DNA of 64,000 bases, from contig JBHGNT010000007.1 of NCBI GenBank assembly GCA_043228905.1, positions 1,674,001 to 1,738,000 on the forward strand. Reading direction: 5' to 3'. This document shows positions 48,101-60,228 of this stretch, one piece after another. The first letter of the stretch is position 1; each line of letters starts with the position of its first letter. Source of the stretch: Azolla caroliniana (Eukaryota > Plantae > Polypodiophyta). The notes beneath the pieces were generated by a model. The model saw only the letters and a list, made by a program, of their open reading frames with translations, was not told the DNA's origin and ran no database searches. The position numbers and the translations under genes are program-made.

Positions 48101-51100
48101 TTGATCGGGATGTCGTCTAAGAATGGCATGGTGATGCCCGGGATACAATCCCTCAGCACTTTGTTCATTGCGTTCACCGTGTGGGCTACCGAGTTCGTCC
48201 CTCCTTGCGGGAGGTACACATCCACACTAGGCCGAGAGGAGTCCGCATCGTCGTAATGTCCCTGCTTTCCACGGCTAGTTGGAACTGATCGTACCCCGAG
48301 TACAGATCACCGACTGAGTAAATCGACCTTCCGGCAAAGGCCTCCGCGAACTCGTCTATGGTCGGTTCGATTCCTGCGTTCTGAATGGTCATCTTGTTGA
48401 CCGGCTACAGGTCTTGAATAAAGCACAATGTGTCGTTCTTCTTTGGCCAGTAAACCACCGATTAGAATACGGGGCACTCGACGGTTCGAGGATGCCCATC
48501 TCCACCTTCTGTTTCAGCAACTCCATCAGCTTCGGGATGTGAGCTCTGGGTAGTGGAATCGGTTTGAGATTCCACGGTACATGCGGTACCGTGAAGATCA
48601 CCATTGGTTCCACAACCGTCGGGTCTACGCACCCGATCTCCTCCGGTGAGAATGCGAAAGCCTTCCCGTGCCTCCCAAGCATTCTCTGAAACCGGTCCTC
48701 TTCCGCCGGCAGTAGAAAGTCACCCCCACCGACCTTGAGCTCCCGTAGCATTATGTTGGTGAACGTGTGTCCTATGCTGGCCGGATCTCGTAAACTTGGG
48801 TCCGACGCAACCCCCTTTATCCGTAACTCGCTGCCCTCCGGCAAGGGTGCCCCAACTGGCCTCACCTTCCAGTCCACAGTCTTGTACTTCGTATCCACTC
48901 GGGCTGTCCGATCCGACTCGAGTCCATTACTGAAGTCGGCGATGACTTAGTACATCCTTTCCGAACACACCGGAATCGTCTGGTCCTCATTAAGGCCTTC
49001 TCCGAACACCTCCCATAACTTCCCCAAGGTGTCTTCGAAAGAGACCGCCTCCACGACTCCATTGATTTCCTCTTCAGGGCCGAGGACTCTGCATGCCCGA
49101 AGTCACTTCTCCGCCCGTTTCTTTTCCCGGCCAACTACGTCGGCTATCATACAACCTCCAGTATCAGAGAACCAAATTTTCCTACATATGGTACAGGTCT
49201 TTTTGCCTATAGTACATCTGTACGGCCCCACGCCTTGCTAGCCCTCTCTAAAAATCCTCTCGGTTTTCGCCACCGAGGCTCTCGCGGTTACACTCATGGT
49301 TTGGTCGCACCGTCAGGAACTGGACCGAGTGACGCCCATCCTGGCTCTTGACTCGTGCATATGCCGAACCGTTGTTCAACACCTTTGTCTCCATCCGTGC
49401 CGCCGTGATGTACGGTTCCCCGAGTATAACCGGATGCGAGGACGTCTCCTGTACGAAGAAGTGTTGATCGATCTCGACATCGCCGATTTTCACTCATACA
49501 TTCGGACAGGCTCCATGCAACTCTTCCACGGCGAGCGTTGTTGCCCGTATTTTCCACCCGTGCTTGGTGTTGATCGTCCACTTCCCCTTCTTGTAGAAGT
49601 CCATGGACATCAAGTTGATTTCTAAACCATGGTCCACCAACGCCACCACCGGCTCCTGAACATCTCTGATCTTAATGGGGGTCTCCGTGGTTGCTCTGGC
49701 CCAATGCGGCCTTGAATAGTGGCTCTCTGCCAACTCGTCTTCTAGAGCCATGTCTTCTAGGTGCGTTGTTCACATCTCCGTCGGCTTCTCCGGCTCTGGC
49801 TCTGTCGAAAGCCTTTCTGCTTCACCAAGTCCACAATGGAGTCGTGGAACTCCTTCTTGGCGATTCCGAGCACTTCCCTCAGTGACAGCTCCACTTTGCT
49901 GTCAAGGATACGTTCCTCGATGACCTTTCGCAGGTCCGTAGTCCTCTCGATCTCCGTGCTCAATCGGTACCCGACCCTCTTGGCTTTATCCGGTGCGTCG
50001 ATCGCACCGGCATCATTCTGCTTTTGCCCGAATTGGGTCTCATACCAGCATGAGGGTCGGCCACTCTGGTCTTACCCGCACGCTTGTCCCCCACCAGAAC
50101 CTCGTAGTTTTGGCAAGTTGCTTCCACGAAGCCCATCTTCTCTTCGACCGGGTCACTCCACCCAGTTGCCTCCCTGACCCGTCTTTCCGCGTGGTCCGCT
50201 TCCTCTTTCCTCAATCGTACGCCGGTGAGGCCTTCCAGCATCAACGGCTAGAATCCGGCTTCCTTCGTCTTCCAGACTTCATCACTTCCGACCCAGATTC
50301 CAGCCGACACCGAGTAGTGGACGGGCATGGCCAACCACGTCGCACCACCAGCACCGGTTCCCAGCCGGAGGCCTTCGGTCACGGACTTGTTCGCCGCCAT
50401 CCCTTCGTGCTTCTGCAATCTGGAGGTCCCTCACCATCTGAGTCAGCTCCTCCAGAGCCACTCCTCCGGACGAGCCTTTGACCATGATGGTCGAAGTCGA
50501 GCCCGTCCCGGGTCTCTTCCCTTCCCGCCGGTGGGGGTACCTCGACCTTCCTTGTCGCAACAGAACCCGCCCTTGTCAAGCCTTTATCGACCCACTCACA
50601 CCGTTTGTCAAAACGGTCGCAGACTCTCTTTACCACGACCCAGTCAGTTGTTAGGCCGTCATCGGTCTCCAGCAGGAAGCCCACTTGCTCCCGGTCGCTT
50701 ACGTCCACCGATTTAACAAACAATAGGACACGACTTGTGTCCAGTACGGTCGGGTCCAGTGCGAAGCATTCTTCAAATTCCCGAAGGAGCACCGACGCGT
50801 TTCTCCTCTTCTCGGGGATCTCCACCCATTCCATGAAGTCCCGCTTCGATAGCCGAAGCGCGTCATCAAGCCCGTATTTTTCAAGGAGCTGACCTTCAAA
50901 CTCTCCCCAAGTCCGACTCTCAGCCCGTACCTCAAGCACCTCCGCGTGGATGCCCGGCATCGCCACCCAAGGGAATCCGGCCAGTCGCTTGTCCTCCGGG
51001 ATGTCCCTCATCACCATTTCGGCTCGGTAAGCCTCCAAATAGCTCGTGGCGTCCTTCCCACCGAACTGGCCTACCGTGCCGACGACTGCTTCGATAGCCC

Positions 51101-51212
51101 TATCGAGGGCGCCTGTGCCTTCGCACGCACTCACTATCCAATCCACAGCCAAAGCCATGGCTTCTGCAAGATCGGACCCTCTCATCTTTCTATTCCTCTG
51201 CCACCTATTCAC
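45125..51212 (-). pseudogene. Gypsy gag-pol (Gag, protease, RT, RNase H, integrase), fragmented
   Basis: VGQFGGKDATSYL, CWWCDVVGH, ALVDHGLEINLMS, DLYSGYDQ, FLDDIPIKG, TDCLPILG, AREDLTNQVEGRAL, RWFGPY. Confidence 0.85.
46095..46752 (-). mobile_element. Copia solo LTR (658 bp) inserted in the gypsy integrase
   Basis: TSD GGTAG (46090-46094, 46753-46757). The reverse complement starts GGTTAGGAAATAGGTCCCTCCGGATGGGA, like the 26420 LTR. The integrase reading HPTY|PPTIHFK rejoins across it. Confidence 0.85.
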
Positions 51213-51895
51213 GTCAGGTACACCAAATATGTTGCGTTGTTACGTGCGTGCGTGGAGAACGAGACGGGACCACGGGGGCCTCGGACCGAGAAATAACCGA
51301 ATGAGAAGAGGGAAAGGAAACTACCAATGTACTCCACACGCGCACAAACACACAGATTCACAGGAGTTGCAACTAACTCCAAACAATGGAGATAGAAGGA
51401 ATGTATGCGTATAAATAAATCAAGGGGTTACAACCGGCAAGTCGGCGAGTGATAGGCTCCGACGCCTGCACACACACACAGACAGAACGCGAGATGGAGA
51501 CTCTGCCGGAAGCACTCGGGTGTTCCACAGAGTAGAGTCAGCCTCCCGAAACCTGCACAGAACGACTATGGAGAAGACAGAGGAGAAGAGCTCGGTTCCA
51601 GTCCGGCAGCACTTCGTCCTCCACAAAAACGCGATATCTTTTACAATACCTCTCCCTCTCTTTTATAGCCCAAGGAGGGAGGCCATTACCACCCATTACA
51701 TCATGTTTATTCCCTATCCTTTTGGACAGGGATACGCATCGATTTTCTCCCTAATGAATGTGTGCTACCTAGGATTTCACCTCAGCCGACTTGTACCTAT
51801 CTACGTACTATACAACAAAACTTCTGCCCACGTGTAAGGGCCAGTTTACGCACGTTATACCCGGTTTCCGCCTAGGGACGGTTTTCTCCACACGG

Positions 51896-52414
51896 TGTCG
51901 TGGAGAAAACCGTCCCTAGGCAAAATCGAACAATATCGGGAGAATCGGTGGTGCGCAACATAGGAGTTAAGTCGGGACAAAGGATCCCATGTAATAAGGT
52001 ATTTATCCCACATTCTAACGCATCTCCCTCCTTGTTCTATAAAAGGAAGGGAGCGCCTCTTGTGAAGGGGTTGCCCATTTTTGAGTCGTAAGGGTATACC
52101 ATTTTGTGCTTCGTTTCTAGGGTTAGTTACATTCTTTCCTTCTTCTTTTTCCTTCTGCTCCTTCTCCTTCTCGAGAACTCGGGCGGCAACTATGGCGGGA
52201 AAGTTGTTAGGTTAACTCTTCTTCTTCTATGCGTAGCCGACTCGCGGTCTGGGTTGTATCTCTCCCTGTTGTAGGTTACTTCTGCTTGGCCTCCTATGCA
52301 AGACCCCGCTCGGCGCGATGAGCCCGAGAGCTCCCTGACGGCGGCTTGGTGGCAGACTGTCGTTGCGACCTAGCTTACCTCAATCCGGCTCGGAGCCGGA
52401 GTTGTAACTCAACA
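51896..52414 (+). mobile_element. Related gypsy LTR lying head-to-head with the 51230-51891 LTR
   Basis: Starts TGTCGTGGAGAAAACCGTCCCTAGG, the same as that family's LTR start. Has CTCCCTCCTT..CTATAAAAG and ends CAACA. No TSD. Confidence 0.7.
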
Positions 52415-52617
52415 TAGGCTATTGTGGTGCCATGTCCTATATAAAAACCTTTACAAGGTCTAGCGTTATACTTGGTACTAGCTAAATCATATGTCGAGTT
52501 GAATTGGAAATTGCCTCAGCATAGGCTATTGTGGTGCCATGTCCTATATAAAAACCTTTACAAGGTCTAGCGTTATACTTGGTACTAGCTAAATCATATG
52601 TCGAGTTGAATTGGAAA
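52413..52617. repeat. Tandem duplication of a 98-bp segment (107-bp period)
   Basis: CATAGGCTATTGTGG..GAATTGGAAA at 52413-52510 and 52520-52617. Confidence 0.85.
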
Positions 52618-53770
52618 ACCCATTGGTATGAACTAAGTCCCAAATGGTGTTTCTCTGATGGAGTTGATCCTTGACTCCATTGCTACTTGTATGTTAACGT
52701 ATTGGCTAGTGTTGTTTCTTTGCATGTTTGCTCACCGACATTTGTGTAAAACACATTAGGTGCGACGAGCTCTCAAATTAGCGTGGTGAGAACTAGCACA
52801 TCATATCATCACTAATGATCCCTTATAAAGTGATTGGAATGCCAACTATTGTCAGGATTATTTGAAGCATAGGATCATGTATTTGCCAAGTAGCTAATCT
52901 AGTAGGTTGGATTGGGCCATCAAGGGAGGTAGTTGGGTCAGGAAAAGTGACTTGTCGAAGTCTAAATCTGGCATTCAACTGCTTTGTACATTGTTGACCT
53001 ATCAAAGACAACATCCTAACTTTTAATAATTTGTCTTGTCTTGAGCTCACATGGTCTATAGCGAGCAAAAACAGTGGTGAACCACAACATACCCCTCTTT
53101 TACACCAACTTAACTCCATCATTTGTGTATGTAAAGAGCTAGGCACTCAAAAAATCTCCATCTATATATTTTTAGGGCAGATTAATGATTTCTCATTTGA
53201 CTTGCGCTTTTTGAGTTCAAGAAATAAATGAATGACACAAGGGAGAATATGAAAAGGCGAGATTACATTAGCTTCCTTTCCAAGAGAATCTTCCAAGTAA
53301 ATAATGACCGATACCCCAACAGAACCTATGTAGTAATACATACTCCTTTACAAATAACAAATGATACACACCACCTTATAGATATGTTAAGACATTATCA
53401 ACAGAGATCTATATATAAGAAGCAGCCCTACTAAAACCAATGAATAAGGTGCAAAAAAGTCTAAATGTATCACTCCATAATGTGCTTTTCTTTTATTAAG
53501 ACATTGTATTCAAAGGCATAAAGAAAAAAATGAAGCATTCAGTTTTCTCTCAATATGTAAAAAAATATGGTCTTTTTCATATATGTCTACAAATTGTATC
53601 ATCACAGTAAACCAACTGTGCGAATGAAGTTATTTTTACAAACACATACGAAAGAAAAAACCTTTGCACCAGACACAATGTATACCAACCATAAAGACTT
53701 TACACAAATCAATGAATGAAACTCGATGCTTCAACTTGAACCACATTACAATGTGCATAAAACCAGAAAT

Positions 53771-55668
53771 TCAAGTTTGTTTCTTTGCTCCTTTTTTAGC
53801 TTTCCAGTGCGTGATATTATCTTGAATCCTGGATTCGACGTTTTTCTTAAATCCAGGGTAAGGCTCATAGCCAAAGAGAATTTGCAGGACCTGTCGCATT
53901 AGAAGTTAAAATCCATCGTAAAAGGGAAAAAATTGGACAAGTTACAAGATTCCCAATAATTGAACATTTCCATCCACTATTTTTATAAAAATCAAAATAT
54001 TACAAGAAAAAAAAAACACATTCACTCTGTATTCATTCAACACAAAATAGGGATTTCATGCCTGTGTATGCTCGCTTTACTCCCTTTTCAATCAATACCA
54101 GATGATACATAATTGCTAACTCTTTCAATAAGTGGTAATGTGAAGCATAAAGAGATTAGAATACAGACTGTCATACCTCAAACAGAACAAAGTATGGTGC
54201 CATGACGAAAGCTTGAAAAATATTGTCAATGAGGGCAGGACTCCTTCTCTGGAGACATACAGACAACAATAAGTGAGAATAAATATACAATGTACATATA
54301 CCCTTAGAAAAGTACCCTTTTGGACCAAAAAAATTCTTTTTGCTTATTTTGGGGTAAGACATTTTGAGGATCTATCTTGATCTCAAAACTAACCACATAA
54401 TCTTCAATCAGCCTTAATGAATTCATGTTCTGCTCTGGGGAAGTGGAAATCGTACTTCAAGACCCATTTCGTATTCAATGTCTTCTAGTCTTTTTTGTGT
54501 CAGTTACTAGAACAATCTAAAAACGTGGATCTATCTGGATCTCAAATCTAACCACATAATCTTCAATCAGCCTCGATGAATTCATGTTCTGTAAGCACTC
54601 AAACAATCTAAAAGCGTGGATCTATCTGGACCTCAAATCTAACCACATGATCTTCAATCAGCCTCAATGAATTAATGTTCTGTAAGAACTCAAACAATCT
54701 ACCAAATATACTGTGTAAGACAAGTAGACCTTCCACTGTATTACTTCCAGATTATCTTCTGACTGCTTTTAAGCATCTATATTGTCTTCACAAAGAGCAC
54801 TGTGCATTTAATATACCTTTCTGTTGGATTTTTCACCTCCTTCCACTTTGATCTTCTGTGGATTTAATACCCTGTCCTTTGATTATAACTTAATAACAAG
54901 GAAAGCAACAATTTTAGACGAGTTTCAATTTTTCATCTGAGTGCCATACCAAACTTACACAAGTTTCCATTTTTCATCCAAGTGTCATACTGAGGTTTAA
55001 GCAGTAGTAATTAACATCATTAATTAGAAAGAAATAAAAAAATAAAAGCACCTACTTCAAATACTCCATGCCCAATGAACTGTCCAGTCCAACAAACTAT
55101 TTGAGAGATCAGGACAACCTGTGAAGGAGAAACAAAACCATAAGCATTTCCTAAACGAAAAATAACTAGAAATAGTATAATTATAAACCCAAATGATAAA
55201 TAATTAAATAATTAAAGAAACAATAACCGTCGTAGTATACTTATAAACCCAAATGATAAGCAAATCAAAATTTTAATTTTTAAAAACAATCAATAATTGT
55301 ATAATCACCTTCCAACCAAAAGAAAAACCTAGTTTCTGGGCGAGAGCATTGCTGCAAATCCAACATACTAGGCAAAGCAATGCTGCAAGAGAACCCGCCT
55401 TTCTATCCAACGATACATAGAAGAGCGCATAGAAAGATGCTCCGAGAAAGCTCCAATTCACTACCATATACTCTTGGAATGGTAGAACACCATATGGCAA
55501 TGGCAATGGACATATTGGTGGAGCGAATGCGGCATAAAGGAGTGCCGTAAAAAAGATCGGCCAAACAAACAATGTGTGAATGAACACATTTAAGGGATGT
55601 GAATGATACGAGCCATAAAATACATAATGATTCTCGATGTCTATCAATGCCATCGTGTTCACCACCAT
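53771..55668 (-). CDS. DUF962 / Mpo1-like membrane protein (putative 2-hydroxy fatty acid dioxygenase; plant MHP1-like), 4 coding exons, about 204 aa
   Basis: Exons 55668-55309, 55118-55056, 54248-54177 and 53890-53771, all GT-AG and phase 0. Motifs FYGSYHSHPLNVFIH, WTGQFIGHGVFE-RRSPALIDN..QAFVMAPYFV, GYEPYPGF. The start may be the ATG at 55653. Confidence 0.9.
54368..54701. repeat. About 90-bp intronic tandem repeat (about 3 copies)
   Basis: GGATCTATCT.GA.CTCAAA.CTAACCACAT.ATCTTCAATCAGCCT..ATGAATT.ATGTTCTG at about 54368, 54527 and 54618. Confidence 0.8.
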
Positions 55669-56215
55669 ACACCAGAAAATGGTGTGCTTCCCGTGCTTCT
55701 TGTTTAGCCTTCTTTTTGTTCACAAATATTGATAGAGAAATTATCTAGAAACAAAAACTGCATCCAATAAAGAGGTGAGCATATTAAGTTGTAACAATCT
55801 ATACATCCATTGAAACAAAATCATTCTTTACTTGGTCCTAGTTCACATAGTTTTTCCTTAACCTGTAATGGTTCTCTTCATTTCGTGGTTGTTCACAAAC
55901 TCGACCAACTAGTTATATACAATTGTTGAATATTCTTACAGCTCATTATATACATGTGCATGCACATACACATGCCCATACAGATACCCATTAAATATAC
56001 ACATGTACATACGAATTCACATACGCATGCCCATACTAATAACCATTACATATACACATGCCCATACGAATACCCATACCCAAACCTACAAATAACTCAA
56101 ACAAAATTCATTAGCATTAACAAATCCTTGCACAGGGTCCACATAAATCTTCTCTGGTTCCTAAGGAATTAGACACATATACATATACTGGCAATTCTCT
56201 CTATCTCTGTCTATT

Positions 56216-56220
<5 letters not shown>

Positions 56221-56252
<32 letters not shown>

Positions 56253-56530
56253 GCTTACCCTAACACACATTCATGCAAATATATTAACACATACGTGCAG
56301 ACCTATGCACAAATTATCTCTCTCTGTGTGTGACCAAATTTGGTCTTAGAAATATTACCCTAACATATACATACAGACTTAATTCATTCTCTTTCACTCT
56401 ATCGCTGGGCCTACCCTAGCACAAATTACCCCTCTCTCTCCCTCTCATACATCGATGACCAGCAGAAAAGAAAATGAACAGAGGAAACAGGCGATTTACC
56501 TGAGCGTCTCTAATTAGGTCGGAGTGACTC

Positions 56531-56572
<42 letters not shown>

Positions 56573-56741
56573 CACACGATTTCTCTAATGAAATATATGT
56601 ATGTATGAATGTATGTATGTATGTATGTATGTATGTATGTATGTATGTATGTATGTATGTATGTATGCATGTCTATGTATGTATGTATGTAAGTATGTAT
56701 GTATGTATATATGTATGCATGTCTATGTATGTATGTATGTA
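56221..56741. repeat. Microsatellite cluster upstream of the gene: (CT)n 56221-56250, (AG)n about 56533-56568, (ATGT)n about 56597-56741
   Basis: Read directly from the sequence. Confidence 0.9.
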
Positions 56742-58822
56742 GTTTTTGGTTTTCTAAGTCCATACAAGTAACTCAATTACTTGAATCTTATATAATTGTT
56801 TTAGTTTGTATAGATTTGTATAATTAAAGGGCATGGAAGAACTCCAAGCAACACTCATCGGGATTATTTCATAAACTCGTATAGTAATCTGATTTTCACC
56901 TTGGAGTGTGGACGTGACTAAACATTACCATACAATGCAGAACGGGACCTTGTGATGATTTCTAACTGAGGGGGATGGATTGCTAGGAATGGTGCCATGT
57001 CATTAGCCTACTTTGAGTTGCAGTTATGATTTCTAGCCTCGAGAGATAGATTGCTAGAGATGGTGTGTGCCGAGTTGTAAGCCTACTTTGAGCTTCCATG
57101 ATGTCATGAAAGTTTGTTCTTTTCTTTGAAGAATGCCAACTTCATGGATATGTACGACCTATAGTTTGTTCCCTTTTTAGAATGTTTCGATTATAGATTA
57201 GACCATGTGAAACCAATCAAGGAACCCCATTCTCGATCATATGTGGAATTCGATGTCAAACTTGCATATAATTCGAGGTCACAAATAAATTGCCCCAATA
57301 CTTGCAAAACAAATGTGCAATGTCTTGCAAGCATGTTTTTGGTTTGTTATAACTTATCATTGTTTTGTCTTCGATTTGTCTTTTTCTACCCAAGCCTCGG
57401 TGCATTCCCTAACCCATTAGAATAGGTCAAGTGATGTCCCAATTGTGATTAATTTGTTCAATTATTGGGACTTGCAGAAAAGTCGTAGCCAACTCTATTC
57501 ATATTTCCTCCAGGATCCACTTGCCCTTACCTTGGACTAGTGTTCTAAATTAACCTCATAGTAACAATGAACCCAAAGCTTTTCCTAGCATGGCCTTTGT
57601 AATTTGTCCTATGAAGCCATTGTGCTATTGATGCGTATGAAATAGTAACAACAACATATTTTCTTTGAAAATGTTGATAATATGACAATAATATATCATT
57701 TTACATTGATCTTGTATTAGCATTGTCTCACCCAATTATAATGATTCACATCACAAGAAATTACCATTACCATTATAATATATATTATTTTATGATTCTC
57801 TTTATAATCAATTATAAAAAATAATGAACAAATTGTATATATCCTTCATGATGGTTTAGTGGAAGGGTTGTCAATTCATGCCCCAACAAGTTCATCGTGT
57901 GTTCTCTAAGAGTTTTTCAAGTGATGATCCTGGGGAAATTTGTGTGGAGCCCTCATCCTCAATAATGGGTCCTTCGAAGACGAGGAACTATTTGCGTCCT
58001 TCTTGGCGATCATACATTCATAAGTGCTCCCTTTGTGAGCATTCACATTCCAATGTTTGGGTGGAGTATATGAAGGGATCAATAGGCATTTGATAAGGAA
58101 TCCCATTGACTAGAGCCTACCATGATTCTTACATGCACATGTAAGCAGGTAATAGCGCAGTCCTAGCCTCTCTTTCACTCTGTCATAACAAAAAATAGTA
58201 TAGTTCCAACTTGTCTTTCAATAAAAAGAAATTTGGGCATTCCAATCTTTGCCATTTAAAATTCAAATGAGTGGAAATATACCATTAATTCAATCCAAAT
58301 TTCAATTTCACTTGTATGGTTGCCTTTAAGATGGGACTAGTAGAAATACAATTATGAAAGATTATCCATGATTCCCTTGAATCCACTTGACATTCTTACC
58401 ACTACATGTGCAAATATTTGACGTACATGTTTTGTTTTTGTTTTTTCAAAAACAAATTATCCTTCCATTAGTTATAAAGAAAGGTTATAATGATTACATC
58501 ATACAAAGTATTTTTTTCCCAAGCCTGTCTTGTGTGGACAACGGTTGAGGAAACAAATCTATGTACTCCAACATAGAGAAAAGAGCCCAACAATTACAAT
58601 CTATTCCCTAGACACATTGCAAGGTATCCATATCCATAAGCAACAACGAAAGTAGCTCTATTCGGAAACAAACCATCTCAGGTCACAGTTATGAGCCATT
58701 CAATACTTCTTCAACCTGTACATCTCAGATTTCAAGGCGATCAACTACGTTCTTTGGTTTTTCAAGAGAACCACTTTCCACATTCGTGGTTGTAAAGTCA
58801 ACAACTATGCTTCCTCTTTCCC

Positions 58823-59730
58823 CATCAACCATCTTGTCGGATTACCACCAAATTCTTGTACATACAACAACAAATTAAGTCAAGTTTCCTCCTCTCCTCA
58901 TGAGCGTATTCTTCGGCCCCCACACCATCATCACTTGTCCTTATCAAAAAACATAAAAATTGCTTCGTTAAGTCCTCATCAACCATCTCGCCAAATACCA
59001 CCAAATTCTTGCACATAAACAATAAAATGTGTCTAAATTCCTCATCTCATGAGAATATGCTTCGACCTCCACACCATCATCACTCGTCCTTATCCAAAAC
59101 ATAAATTCTATGTCATTAAGTCCGCATCATCCATCTCGCCGACTACCACCAAAATCCTGCACATACAATACACAAGTCTTTTTTCCTCATCCCCTCATGA
59201 GAGTATGGTTCGCCCCCCAAACCCTCATCACTCATCCTTATCCAAAAACATACATTTTGCTTCATCAAGTCCACATAAACTTCTCACCGATTATTGCCAA
59301 AACCTGTGTAACATACAAACGACTAAATGAGTCTAGTGTTCTGAATAGATTATGTTTCATCCCCCACACCACCAGCACTCATCCTTATAAAAAATACGCA
59401 TTTTGCTTCCTCAAGTCCACATCAAACTTCTCGTCGATTACCGCCACAATCCTGTACATACAAACAACTTAATTTTCTGAAGAGATTATGCTTCAGCCCC
59501 CACACCACCATCACTCATCATTATCAAAAACATGAATTGTGCTTCATTAATCCACATCAACCATCTCACTCTCGTTGATTTAACACCAAAATCGTGTACC
59601 TAAAAAAACAGAATGACACTACTCTCCTCGTCTCTCATTAAATTATGTTACAACCCTCAACAACATCATCACTCATCCTTATCCAAAATCAGAAAATGCT
59701 TCATTTTTCGCATCCACCATCTCGCCCTTG
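58823..59730. repeat. Degenerate tandem array, unit about 145-155 bp, about 6 copies
   Basis: Recurring CATCAACCATCTC..ACCACCAAA..CACACCATCATCACTC.TCCTTATC.AAAA..TTGCTTC..AAGTCC. Confidence 0.75.
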
Positions 59731-59923
59731 TCAGTCCACAGAACTACCCAAATCCCATCCGCCTCTTTTATGTTTTTCTTGTCAACCTATAAGATAAAGA
59801 GAAAAGAAGAAACTATATACCTCAAAATTATGTTTGAAATAAGAAAGGACTAGGGGCCATGAATAACCAACGTGGTGAGACATAGTTCCAGCGATCTTCA
59901 TGTGACTCATCCAACCAGAGAGG

Positions 59924-60228
59924 TATTGGCCACCATATTTTACGAATTTTTCGTCTTTTCTTATGCACCTTTTCCAGTATTCCTTTAATACTATCATACT
60001 CTCCCTTTATTGTGTCCACCAAGTTGTCCCACAACATCTTAATCATATCCACCACATTGTACTCGATGTCTTCATATTGGCCACCATATTTTACGAATTT
60101 TTCGTCTTTTCTTATGCACCTTTTCCAGTATTCCTTTAATACTATCATACTCTCCCTTAATTGTGTCCACCAAGTTGTCCCACAACATCTTAATCATAAC
60201 CACCACATTGTACTCGATGTCTTCATAT
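59924..60228. repeat. 151-bp tandem duplication within the LINE ORF2 end
   Basis: TATTGGCCACCATATTTTACG..GATGTCTTCA at 59924 and 60075. Confidence 0.9.

Larger units (their letters stand above)
38681..51891 (-). mobile_element. Near full-length, decayed Trp-primed Ty3/gypsy element carrying two nested insertions
   Basis: 3' LTR 38681-38871 plus 44562-45050 (split by a copia), 5' LTR 51230-51891 (last 4 nt missing), PPT AGGTGGGGGCGGA (45051-45063), PBS at about 51208-51225 (16/18 to the tRNA-Trp end). Confidence 0.85.

Noticed and set aside
27180-51837. Many overlapping and antisense short ORFs in GC-rich retroelements
   Set aside because: They are shadow frames of gag-pol and LTRs with no recognisable motifs.
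56416-56763. ORFs with YIHT/MYVC repeats
   Set aside because: These are translations of microsatellites.
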